Assembly (NCBI RefSeq): GCF_006345805.1
Contig: NC_042999.1
Coordinates: forward strand, 92,256,001 to 92,320,000
DNA length: 64,000 nt
From: Octopus sinensis
Lineage: Eukaryota
Reading direction: 5' to 3'
Shown here: piece by piece, positions 12,168-24,060 of the stretch
How positions within the stretch are numbered: position 1 is the first letter of the stretch
How the letters are laid out: every line of letters begins with the position of its first letter
Position numbers and translations under genes: made by a program
The notes under the pieces: generated by a model
Databases searched by the model: none
Told to the model about the DNA's origin: nothing
What the model saw: the letters and a program-made list of their open reading frames with translations, nothing else

Positions 12168-14596
12168 CTAGTCTTGCCGGGTCTTCTCACACACAGCATA
12201 CTTCCATAGGTCTCGGTCTCTAGTCATTTCCATGGTGAGACCTAACGTCCAAAGGTCGTGCTTCACCACTTCGTCCCAGGTTTTCCTGGGTCTACCTCTT
12301 CCACGGGTTCCCTCAACTGCTAGGGATTGGCACTTTCTCACACACCTATCTTCATCCATTCTCGCCACATGACCATACCAGCGCAATCGTCTCTCTTGCA
12401 CACAACAACTGATGCTTCTTAGGTACAACATTTCTCTCAAGGTACTAACGCTCTGTCGAGTAAGTACACTGACATTACACATCCATCGGAGCATACTGGC
12501 TTCGTTCCTCACAAGCTTACGCATGTCCTCAGCAGTCACGGCCCATGTTTCACTGCCATGTAGCATAGCTGTTCGTACACATGCATCATACAGTCTGCCT
12601 TTTACTCTGAGCGAGAGGCCTTTAGTCACCAGCAGAGGTAAGAGCTCCCTAAACTTTGCCCAGGCTATTCTTATTCTAGCAGTTACACTTTCAGCGCACC
12701 CGCCCCCACTACTGACTTGGTCACCTAGATAGCGGAAGCTATCAACTACTTCTAGTTTTTCCCCCCGGAAAGTGACGGAAGTTGTTTTCTGCAGATTTTC
12801 GGAGGTCAATGCTCCAGAGCATCTGCCACATACAAAAACTATCTTCCCAGTTAGCCTACCTTTGACATTGCTGCACCTCTTATGTGTCCATAGCTTACAC
12901 TGGGTACATCTTATAGAGTTTCTACCTACACCTTTTCTACAGATCGAGCAGGGCCATCTTCCTGAGGATATTTGTGGATTTTCTAACTTTCTACTTATTA
13001 GTACTTTGGTTTTAGCTAGGTTGACTCTAAGGCCCCTCGATTCTAAACCCTCCTTCCACACCTGGAACTTCTCCTCCAGTTCTGATAGTGACTCAGCGAT
13101 TAGAGCGAGGTCGTCAGCATAGAGGAGCTCCCAGGGGCAACCTGTCTTGAATTCCTCCACAATTGCCTGGAGGACTATGATAAATAGGAGGGGGCTGAGT
13201 ACTGAACCCTGGTGGACCCCAACCTCTACCTTGAATTCTTCTGTGTACATGCTGCCAACTCTAACCTTACTTACGGCATCTCTGTACATGGCTTGCACAG
13301 CCCTCACCAGCCATTCATCTATCCCTAGTTTCCTCATTGACCACCAGATGAGGGAACGGGGGACCCTATCAAAGGCTTTCTCCATGTCAACGAAAGCCAG
13401 GTACAGGGGCTTATCTTTGGCTAGGTATTTCTCCTGCAGCTGCCTTACCAGGAATATAGCATCAGTGGTGCTTTTCCCTGGGACAAACCCAAACTGCATC
13501 TCATCTAAACTAACTCTCTCTCTAATTAGTTGGGCTATGACCCTCTCCGTAACCTTCATTACCTGATCCAACAGCTTGATACCTCTGTAATTATTTGTAT
13601 CCAGGGCATCACCTTTACCTTTGTAGCAGTTGACTAGTATGCTGCTACACCAGTCATTGGGTATGACTCCTTCGTGTATCACCTGGTTGACTATACGGGT
13701 GACTAGGTTATAGCCGACACTGCCAGATATTTTGAGCATCTCTGCAGTAATTCCTGATGGGCCTGGGGCTTTCCCTGTCTTCATGCTTCTAATTGCCTTA
13801 GCTACCACGGAACTATCAACTTGGATAGCTGGTCCCTCTGTTGGGTCAACATTCGGCAGACTCTCTTTATCCCATTCATTTTCTTTATTCAGCAACCTTT
13901 CACAGTGGCATCTCCAAACCTCTCTCTTTGCATCCTCATTTAGCGCAAGTGAACCATCATCCATGCGAACACACTTCTCTCCTACCACATCATGATTCTC
14001 TCTCACACACTGTCTTGTAACACAAAATACCTCAAGTCTTTCATCCTCACGGCTCAGAACATTGGCAAATTTTTTCTTATCCGCTTCCCCTCTGGCTAAA
14101 TAAACCTGTCTCCTAGCTTCCCTTTTGGCTGTCTGATACAATTCCCTGCTACCACCGTTCTTCCAGTCCTTCCAAGCCTGTCTCTTTTGTCTAATAGCCC
14201 TGTCAACCACAGTGTTCCACCACCATGTTACTCTGGGTCGAGATGGTACTTTGCTCCATCCACAGATCTGGTCAGTGGCTGTCAGCAGATTGTCCCGTAG
14301 GAATCTCCAGTTGTCTTCCACATTAAGTGAAGCTATATCCCCTTCTATTTCGTCAGAGGCTTCGAGTAGTATGTCTCTAAATCTCTGTCCATTTGCAGGA
14401 TCTTTAAGCTTCCAGACCCTTCTCCTCCAAGCTGGTCTTCTTCTGGGCAACCATTTAGCTCTGATCCTGAAGTCGCTAACTACTAATCTATGTTGGGGAG
14501 TACATTCTTCGCCTGGGAAGGTTTTGGCACTTATAATCAGCCCTCTTTCCCTTTTTCTGGCAAGGATGTAGTCAATCTGGCTGGTGTGTCTGCCAG
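12168..14596 (-). CDS. RTE ORF: end of APE endonuclease, reverse transcriptase, PHD-type finger and C-terminal domain
   Basis: SQIDYIL..QHRLV (APE end), FVDMEKAFD, GVHQGSVLSP, YADD, CxxC..CxxC..HxxC..CxxC, FRYLG, RRLRWYGHV, RGRGRPRKTW. The first ~30 aa of the listed 839-aa ORF come from flanking DNA. Confidence 0.95.
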
Positions 14597-15102
14597 ATAT
14601 ATACATATAAATTTTTAGCATAAATGCATGTATTCCACAGAGACAAATCACAAAGTATTTAAACTTGTTAATCCACAAGTAAAACAATATATATATTGTT
14701 TTACTTGTGGATTAACAAGGCAAGCAATGGTATCATATAGGAGAGATCTCCACAATTATTCAAGCAAACCACTTGGGAATATTGGTACTTGTCATATGAA
14801 ATCATTGGTTCAATATGAAGTTGAATATGCATTCTCACTATTTGATACTAGCATGTGTGTGTGTGTGTATTATGTGCAAGACAGGAGAAAGTAAAGGGAA
14901 TAGGACATCTCATTCTACTTGCTTTACTCTACCAAACACATGTTCTTTACCTAGTCTACTAGCCATGGACAACAGTGCTATTCAGGTAACATGTCAGCTG
15001 TAACAGCTCATGCAAGTATCAAATTTTATGTGACTATTTAACACCCTACTATCATAAAAAAGAAACAAAACTGAGAATAAATATGGAAAATTAGTTACTC
15101 AC

Positions 15103-15182
15103 ATAGTGTTCTCTGAATGGAATATGAATGGGATTGATGATGCTAGTTAGGACATCACACTTTATCACCATAGGAATATCAT
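15103..15182 (-). CDS. Candidate host exon (phase 1/0) xDIPMVIKCDVLTSIINPIHIPFREHY
   Basis: cttttcttatag acceptor, gtgagt donor, open frame in non-repetitive sequence. Confidence 0.65.
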
Positions 15183-15495
15183 CTATAAGAAAAGATTATG
15201 TCAGATAATTTATACATGAACAATTAATGAGACAACATACTTGATTTTGAACTTTAAAACCTTAAAATATCAAAGTTTTTGAATGGGATACTTAATTTTT
15301 ATCACCTAGTTAATGGTTACGTATCCAACTGACCAGGTCATAGAAGTGCAATGAAACTTTTTCACATTTCATAGTAGAAAGTAACATCAAGAAGTAAACA
15401 AGAAGTGAATATAACAGCATTTGTATGTTCTTAAATGGCTAAAATGATTCTTCTACAATGTAACTGCTTAAGCATACATACATTATATATATGAG

Positions 15496-17869
15496 CTACA
15501 AACTTGTGATATAGAGGACAACTGGGAATTCCTGTGGGACAACTTGCTGAGTGCCACAGACCAAATCTGTGGGTGGTGCGAAGTCACAACCAGACCTTGG
15601 GTAATGTGGTGGTGGGACAATGCAGTAGACAGGACCATTAGAGCAAAGAAACAGGTCTTGAAGGACTGGAAGAGTTGGGTAGCAGAGAACTGTATGAGAC
15701 AGCCAGAAGGGAAGCTAGGGGACAGGTATATCTAACTAAGGGAGAAGCAAAAAAGAAGTTTGCCTATGTCCAGCAATGAGAGGACCAGAGAACTGAAGTG
15801 TTTTGGATTGCAAGACAGTGTGTGAGAGAAAATTGTGATGTCATAGATGATGGTGCACTTGAAGTTAATGATTCTGCAAAGAAAGAAGCTTGGAAATGTC
15901 ATTATGAAAGACTGCTGAATGTGGAGGATGAATGGGGGGATGAGAGACTACCTAACGATGACGCAATTGAGGGACCAGCCACCCGAATTGAGAGTACCTT
16001 GGTAAATAAAGCAATTAAGGATATGAAGACAGGGAAAGCACCTGGTCCACTAGGAATCACTGCTGAGATGCTTAAAATATCTAGCGGTGTGGGTTATGGT
16101 CTTGTCACCCACATCGTAAATCAGGTAGTTCACAAAGGAGTCATACCCAATGACTAGTGTAGCAGCACCATAATCAACTGCTACAAAGGTAAAGGTGATG
16201 TCTTAGATAGAAATAATAACAGAGGTATCAAATTGTTGGATCAGGTGATGAAAGTCATGGCAAAAATCACAGCCCAACTAATTAGGGAGAGAGTTAGCTA
16301 GACAAGATGCAGTTTGGTTTTGTGTCAGGGAGAAGAACCACTGATGCTATATTTCTGGAAAGACAATTGCAGAAGAAATACATAGACAAAGATAAACCTC
16401 AGTACTTGGCCTGTTGACTTGGAGAAAGCCTTTGATAGGGACGCCTGATCTCTTATCTGGCGGTCAGTGTGGAAACTAGGGATAGATGAGTGGTTGGTGA
16501 GAGCTGTACAAACTATGTACGGGGATGATACCAGTAAGGTGTGGGTTGGCAACAAGTACAACAAAGAATCCAGGGTACAAATAGGGGTTCACCAAGGATC
16601 GGTGCTCAGCCCCACTTGTTCATGAAAGTCTTCCAGGCAATAACAGAAGAATTTAAGACAAGCTGCCCCTGGGAGCTCCTCAATGCTGATGACCTTGTTC
16701 TTATAGCTGAGTCACTATCAGAACTAGAGAAAAAGTTCCAGGTATAGAAGCAAAATCTAGAAATGAAAGGTCTTAGAGTTAACCTAGCAAAAACCGAAGT
16801 CTTAGTAAGTAGGAAGGTGGACAAATCAAAAATCCCTTCAAATAGATGGCACTGCTTGATCAGTAGAAAAGGCATACATAGAAACTCCATAAGATGCACC
16901 TGGTGTAAGTTTTGGACACATAGAAGGTGCAGCAATATCAGAGGAAGGTTAACATGGAAACTAGCTTTTGTATGTGGAAGATGCACAGGTAGAATAGATA
17001 CTGAAAATGTGCAGAAAATTGACTCCATCAACTGTTAGAGGACAAGCTAGAGGTAGTAGATAGCTTCTGTTACCTAGGTGACCAACTTAGTTAGTGCTCC
17101 GAGAGGGTAGCTGTGAGAATAAGAAGAGGTATAAGAGACATTAATTGAAGTGTGCAAGCGAGATGACTGCACTGGTATGGTAATATGATGTGTATGGATG
17201 AGGACAGCTGTGCAAAGAAATGCTGATCTCAAACTGTGGAGGGAACATGTGATAGAGGTAGACCCAGGAAGACATGGGATGAAGTGATGAAGTATGATGT
17301 TTGAACTTTGAGTCTCACAGAGGCAATGACTAGTGACTGAGACCTTTGTCGAAGATCCATCAAGCAAAACGAAATTATAGTCATGGCTGATATTAGTGTC
17401 ATGTAATTGGTGCCCATGCTGGTGGCATGAAAAGAGCACCATTCAAGCATTCAACCTCACGGAGGCAAAATTGCTGAGTTCCTTTCGATTGTCGGGCATT
17501 ATGGAGGCAAAGTGACTGAGTTCCTTTCGAACAATAGGCTGCATGGGGGCAAAGTGGCTGAGTTCCTTTCAAGTGTTGGGTTTCATGGAGGCAATGAGCA
17601 AGATGTTTGGCATTACCTTGTGCTTGAAAAGAAGACCCATCAAGCCAAGCAAAATTGCAGTCACAGCAGATACAGATGTCATACAAATGGCACCCATGTC
17701 GGTGGCATGTAAAATCACAAATTACACTCTCAGAATGATTGGCGTTAGGAAGGGCATCCAGCCATAGAAAACCAGGCGAAATCAGACTGGAGTCTGGTAC
17801 AACCTCCAAGCCCTGGTCAAACCATCCAACCAATGCCAGCATGGACAACAGACATGATGATGATGATGA

Positions 17870-17870
<1 letters not shown>
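15496..17870 (+). mobile_element. Decayed RTE LINE copy
   Basis: ORF pieces 15544-17038 align with the 12168 ORF (KAPGPLGITAEMLK, WELLNADD, PHD cysteines) but carry stops and frameshifts. 3'UTR and (ATG)n tail are present. Confidence 0.9.
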
Positions 17871-17932
<62 letters not shown>

Positions 17933-17936
<4 letters not shown>

Positions 17937-18118
17937 TCAGATGAATATGGTACTTAAGTTGAGGCACCAGAATTTTGTACAGTATTTATCCATACAATTT
18001 CAAAGTAAGGTGATTAAAATCAAAATAAGCAACAAGGATATCCAGAGGTAATGCAGTACGATCATTTCACACAACTCCATTTAATTGAACAATGCAATCA
18101 TTACATCAATTTATGTAA
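17933..18118 (-). mobile_element. Dispersed PLE-like terminal repeat family member between microsatellites
   Basis: Similar to 28291-28350, 30798-30873, 31306-31470 and 51728-51925; contains GAAA-TGATCG-TA on the minus strand. Confidence 0.5.
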
Positions 18119-18154
<36 letters not shown>

Positions 18155-18155
<1 letters not shown>

Positions 18156-18357
18156 ATATAGTGTATATTTAAATACATAGAGAATCCACTTATAGGGATT
18201 CTACACGCTAGAAAGAACAGCTAAGTTCTATAACCACTAAGTTCTATAGAACTTAGCTGTTCTTTCTAGCGTGTAGAATCCCTATAAGTGGAATACCTTT
18301 CTAGCGCATAGAATCCCTATAAGTGGATTCTCTATGTGTTTAAATATACACTATATC
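18155..18357. repeat. Compound palindrome next to (TA)n
   Basis: 18155-18231 is complementary to 18246-18357, with internal re-copied segments. Confidence 0.85.
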
Positions 18358-18666
18358 GTATGACTAATATATAGTCTTTTTGACTAAAATTTTTTTACAC
18401 GTTAGACCACTGGAAATGTAAATATATATATATATGTATATATAAATGATATATACATATATATATATATATGTATGCATATATGTATGTGTATATATAT
18501 ATATATATTTCTCTTTTTTCTTGTTTTCCCTATCTTTCCTTCAGTTTACAATCTACTCCATAAAAGGAAAATGTCCAAAGTATTGGAACAATAAACTCTA
18601 TTTTTTGTGTGAAATGTCAGATCATGAACTTTACCTCTCATGTTTGAATTTATTTCTTTGATATTC

Positions 18667-18700
<34 letters not shown>

Positions 18701-19269
18701 CACAAAAGAAAAAAAAAACCTTGAGTAACGCAGGTGAGAATTTAGACAAATTATGTTAGGTGAAGTCAATAAATGAAAACAAGGAAAGCAAATTGTATTA
18801 CTTTACATATGCCATTTAATAATCCTACAATATTTAGGTAAATTTCTTGTTTTCAAAAAGAAGAAAGAAAATAATCAGTGTTTGAAAAAATGTATTGTTG
18901 TGACAAAAAGTGGTGGGAAAGATCACTGAACACTAGCTGAAACTTAAGGTAAATTTAGCCAGTAAGTAAAGCATTTTGAAATTTTTTTTTATTAAAATCC
19001 TTTACAATCAATAATATTAATAAACATATTTATTTCACTAAGAACACCCCAGTGAAAAAGGAATTCTCCCACAAATTGACTTTGTACTCTGTTTCAGAAA
19101 AAGGTTATTTCACCACATAATTCAATGCCCCACAGAAACTTGTTCATACATTTTAAATCAGCTCTTCCCTACAGCAGCAAGCACAACTAATCACAAAATT
19201 CATTTGCTAACATGTTTTCAAAACATTTTTTAACTCAATGAATACATAAAATAAAGAACTGACTCATAA

Positions 19270-19950
19270 TCCCTACTTCCTTTAATTACCACATCTTAGC
19301 AAGACTACTTCCACAGCCAATCGGAAAGCCCATCCTGGATCCTCCTTATGCTGAATTCTTGCAAAAAACATAGCTCCCAAAGACCAGCATTTGTATGTAA
19401 ATAGATTACCATATCTGTGATAAAAACATGTCTACATGCATATGAAGTGTACTAGTTAAAATGTGATAAATGCAAGGATTGTTATATCAGTAGCACAATC
19501 TGGAAACTCTACACCCAGATTAAGTAACACTTACATACATGCACATTCTCAGATAAGAAACACATTGACAAATTCCTCAGCCACAAAGCTGAGATATCTT
19601 ATCTACTGCCTGGAACATTAATAACTTGAGAATAAAGGAGGCTATTCTCATCAAACAATATAAACTAGAATCAAGAACTGAACTGAATGGCACAAATTGG
19701 CATTTCTAACTACCTCACTTTGCCTACCTTACACTTACTTGCTCAACTTTTAAAATTATTTCACAAAGAAATTCACCAAATAACTACAACATATTTTACC
19801 ACACCTAACAACTGAGTACAACCTACCCTATTTGAACAAAGAAATTCTCAAAATACCTTACCTTCTTACTAAACTTTCATTAAAGTTTAGAGGGCTTTCC
19901 CACTACTACTTCACACAGCTATGCTAATTTGTCAAGCCACATCACTTACT
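19270..19950 (+). mobile_element. Possible highly decayed Penelope-like RT remnant
   Basis: Faint motif traces only (G....PPYA; YxHxxS..IP..LR-like). Confidence 0.25.
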
Positions 19951-20221
19951 ACTATTGCTGGTGTTACACTCTTTGCTGCTAATGATACTGCCAATTTCTG
20001 CCAGGGTGGCTGTGTCAAACTCCTTCATACACCAAACTAGTCAACAACGAGGGTAAAAGTACATGCAGGAGTAGTGTTATGAAATCCCACCACCCTGAAG
20101 AAATCAGGAAAGTAAGAAAACTGTGGAAAAAGTACAATATCACAGTGGTTCTTCAGCATGACTCCCATTGCATGGCTGAAACACATAAAAGAAATAAAAT
20201 ACACACACAGACACACACACA

Positions 20222-21340
20222 CATCATCATCATCATTTAATATCCCTTTTTCCATAATGGTATGAGTTGGATGATTTGACAAGAACAGATGAGCTAGAGG
20301 GCTCTACTAGGTTCTATGTCTGCTCTGACATACTTTCTACAGCTGGATGCTCTTTATAACACCAACCACTTAACTAAGTGCACTTGGTGCTTTCTCCATG
20401 GCACCAGCACCAGTGAGGTTGCCAAGTCACCACAAGATAGATCCTTCAACTGAGCAGGGTATAGACTGGGGGAATAAGAAACGATGATAAAGGGGGAGGA
20501 GCAGGTGTCTTGCTGAATAGGTGAATATATGGCTTGCCCACCTGAAAAGTGAGAAAGAGAAAGAAAGCAAGAAAGAAAGAGATGTGAAGTCCAGGTATGA
20601 ATATGAAATGAGGGAATGGGTTGAATGAAAACAGTGTGACAAATGACAAGAGATAAGGAATGAGTTGGAAGCAGGGGATAACAGTTCAGTGTAGGGGATG
20701 TGGAGAAAATAGTGTATTGCAGAAGATTGATGGAAGAGTAGATGTCAGGAGATGATTTCTGGAAGAAGGCTTTACAGAGCCTCAATTCTCCTGAGATGGA
20801 CAGGTCTTCTCAAGCACAGCATAATGCCATTCATCTCAGTCCCTTGTTGTGTCTGAGAGCTTCAACTTCTTGAGGTCAGTCTTCACCACTTCGTCCCATG
20901 TCTACCTAGGTCTATTTAGTGATTGGCAATTCTTTATACAGCTGTCCTCATCCATCTACATCACATAACCCTACCAGTGCAGTCTTCTCTCCTGTACACC
21001 ACATTGAATGCCTCTTATACTTAAATTTTCTCCTTGTACATGCACACTGACATTGCACATCCATTAGAGCATATTTGTTTGATTTCTTTCAAGTCTTGCA
21101 TGTCTTTTGCCTTCACAGCCATGTAGCATTGCTGTTCATACGTAGGCATCATACAATCTGTTTTTCATTCTGAGAGGCCTCTTGTAACCAACAGAGGTAA
21201 AATTTCTCTGAACTTTTTCCAGCCAATTAGTATTCTAGCAACCATACATTCAGAGCATCCTCCTTCACTGCTTATTAGGTCACCTGAAAAACAAAAACTA
21301 TTTTATAATTCTAAGGAACCTCCTGGGCATTTCAGAACAT
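20222..21340 (-). mobile_element. Old RTE 3' fragment with extended UTR
   Basis: 20785-21340 aligns with 12180-12780; (CAT)n tail at 20222. Confidence 0.75.
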
Positions 21341-22739
21341 GATGTATATACAAGGTGTGTGTACCAACTTCTCTTTTATCCACTTCTAAAAACATTTGGT
21401 TCTCTGGCTAACCATACAAACTAATGGTAACTATTTCAGTACTTTTTAATATGAACGTTGTAGTAGTTAGAACATGTTACATCCAGCAAAAGGTATGTTA
21501 ACTCGATGCATGAAAAACAATGTTAATGGTATAGTACAAGTACAGATGCAACAATGTGGTTAAGTGCTTCACAACCACGAGGTTCTTCTTTTGATCTCAC
21601 TCCAAAGCACTTTGAGCATGTTTTCAACTGTAGCTTCAAGATGACTAATGCCTAGAGCTGATGGAATCTATATGTATCTAAGTCTATGTTTGTGTATAAT
21701 GCTACATTGAGATATATCTCTTAACATGAAAAGGAAAATGAGCCATTTCATGAGTAGATATTGTTAAAACAAGTTCTTTACTAAAATAAATACCAGAGTT
21801 GATGTGATTGGTTATAAACCCTTGAAGATTGTTCTCCACACTGTCACAGCCTAATGGCTGACACCAGTGAAGGTAAAATACAAATTTTGACATACACTTG
21901 CAGAATTTGAATTATTAAAAATGGAGAACAAAGAATTTATAATTTATCAGCACAACTGAATTTGCTATTATTGAAGAAGTTAAATTACAAAATTATTATT
22001 GTAAAAAGAGTACATGAATACACAAAAACATATATTTCAGTATCAACAATAGGCATGTAAACATCTTTGCTACTATATATTCATCTTAATCAAAATATAT
22101 TTTATGTTATATTAATTATTTAATAATTTTCATGATATTCAGATGAAAAGAATAATAAAAAAAATATTTGCAATTATAATGAGAAAGCAAGAAACTCTAT
22201 AATGCACTCCATTAGCAAGTCTAATTTTAATGATCAGTAAATCTTTTTGAAGAAAAATATATATCAACTGATTGACACAACTAACGGCATTTCACAATAG
22301 AATAAAGTTATGTAAATTAGATGGCTATTTTGATAAATTATATTATAATCTTGACATAAATCTAGTTCAAATATATTATTTGTTTCTTGAATTTTTTCAT
22401 GTTTTTTTCAGTTGTTTGAAAACAGTATATAAAGAATGTCAGAAACCATACTTCTTACAAAACTAGATGTAACAAAAAGTTGATGTTACACCAAAACACA
22501 GGACATGAATTTTAAAAAGATTAGAACACAGAGGTGATATAGCCTGTGAGAAATTCAATTATCCTATTGCTAAGCATCAAACAGGCAGCAAAACAAACAT
22601 TCAATTCTCCAGAGACACAAACACTTGAACGAAATTAGTAACCAATATGAAATAAAGTGGATTTTTGTCTACGTATTAATCATGTTTTAATTCACAACAA
22701 TGATTATCAAGTGAAATATACAACAGAGATACTTTCCTA

Positions 22740-24060
22740 CACAGAAATTACAGGAGTTGAAAAGGGATATTGAAAGCACTTCTTCTGGTGGTAACTAAAG
22801 TTATTACAAACCCTTTCATATCATCAACAGGTAACTGAGGGTCACAGGCATTTTGTTTCTGAGCCTGATAGATTTGCCTCAGCAAGGCAGTGAGGATCAA
22901 ATTATCTTTTCTTGTCAACCACAAAAACTTTGAACTGGTTTCTGCTGCCATGCCTATCTTTTTGGTGGTTTTCTTCATCACTTTGCATTGCAAACCAATC
23001 TTCTGCAGTAAATACATGCTAATTATGCTGGAAAGCTGTGGCAGCCAAATTTAATTGGGAATGAATCAATGTGCAATACTTTGAAAGATACCACATCCAA
23101 CAAGTTTTCTTTCAGTTGGTGAGAAATGTCAAGTCTGTCTTTCCACAATGGTTCTTTTTTCATTCATGGATAGCAGGAACATGTTTGATCAGAACAGCAT
23201 TACTGCTCCCTCTTCTGGGAAGACAAGTCTGCCCTTCAGGATCACTTGCATCCTCTAGTAGAAAATAAGTAACCAGCAAATGTTTTCACCTTACAAGCCT
23301 TGTCACTTTCCTTAAGAATTTGATACACTTGGGTAGTGATAGCTACTGTTTATCAGCTTCAACTTTCTTCAAGTCCATCCATTTGGACTTACAAAAGGAA
23401 TTTTTATTATGTCTCCTTTTGTATCTGACTTTTCCTGGTGCTCTTGGGCATCCAGTCAAAGTGTGATTCAAGGTGCAAAAAGTAGCTCCACACTGCTTGC
23501 AGTATGGATCTTTTGTCATATTTTAAGGTTATATCGTCTTGGTAAGAGATCAGTGATGGCACACAGAAGATACGATGATGTTCCCTGGTCAGCTCCAGAG
23601 TTTTCTCGAGGACAGTGGGCACTTGAGTGTCTGGTCCCACTGTCTTTGGTGGACAAGCTCTACCACTTTTGTACAGTGATCTTCCTCAGTTCTAGCAATA
23701 GGTTTGTGACCACCCAAGTGTACTACAGATATTGAGCAACCTGTTACAATGTCCTTTTCCAGGCTCTCCCATCTGGTGGGGAAATTTCCTACAGTGACTC
23801 TACAGAGAATCTAATCTTCAGCAAATTTGTATGTGACATTAATAACTTGACTGCTGCTATTGGTACTTGGTAGTATACCAGTGCACTTTAGATTAGCTTG
23901 TGAGGCACACTTGAGTAAGCTTTGGCAAGATCTAACCATACTACTGTGTATTTCTATTCCACTTACCTCTTTAATGATGTGGTTGATTGCTGATGTATGC
24001 TCCAAGCATCCAGAGTAGCTTGGAATTCCCCTGTTTTGGACATTTGTGTTAATGTACCCA
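22740..24060 (-). mobile_element. Highly decayed LINE (RTE/BovB-like) RT region
   Basis: Raised GC content and minus-strand remnants resembling LEKTLE..RE and (F)xDLKK motifs, with many stops. Confidence 0.4.

Larger units (their letters stand above)
11549..14596 (-). mobile_element. Young 5'-truncated RTE-clade LINE
   Basis: Uninterrupted ORF, about 620-bp 3'UTR with tandem units, (ATG)n tail at 11549, and an abrupt switch to AT-rich flank at about 14597. Confidence 0.95.

Noticed and set aside
12412-14571. Several + strand ORFs
   Set aside because: Antisense shadows of the RTE ORF.
14597-14687. N-terminus of the 839-aa ORF as a real start
   Set aside because: Read-through into AT-rich flank and the inverted arm; the element is truncated at about 14596.
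22459-22543. AG/GT-bounded minus-strand segment
   Set aside because: Stops in all three frames.
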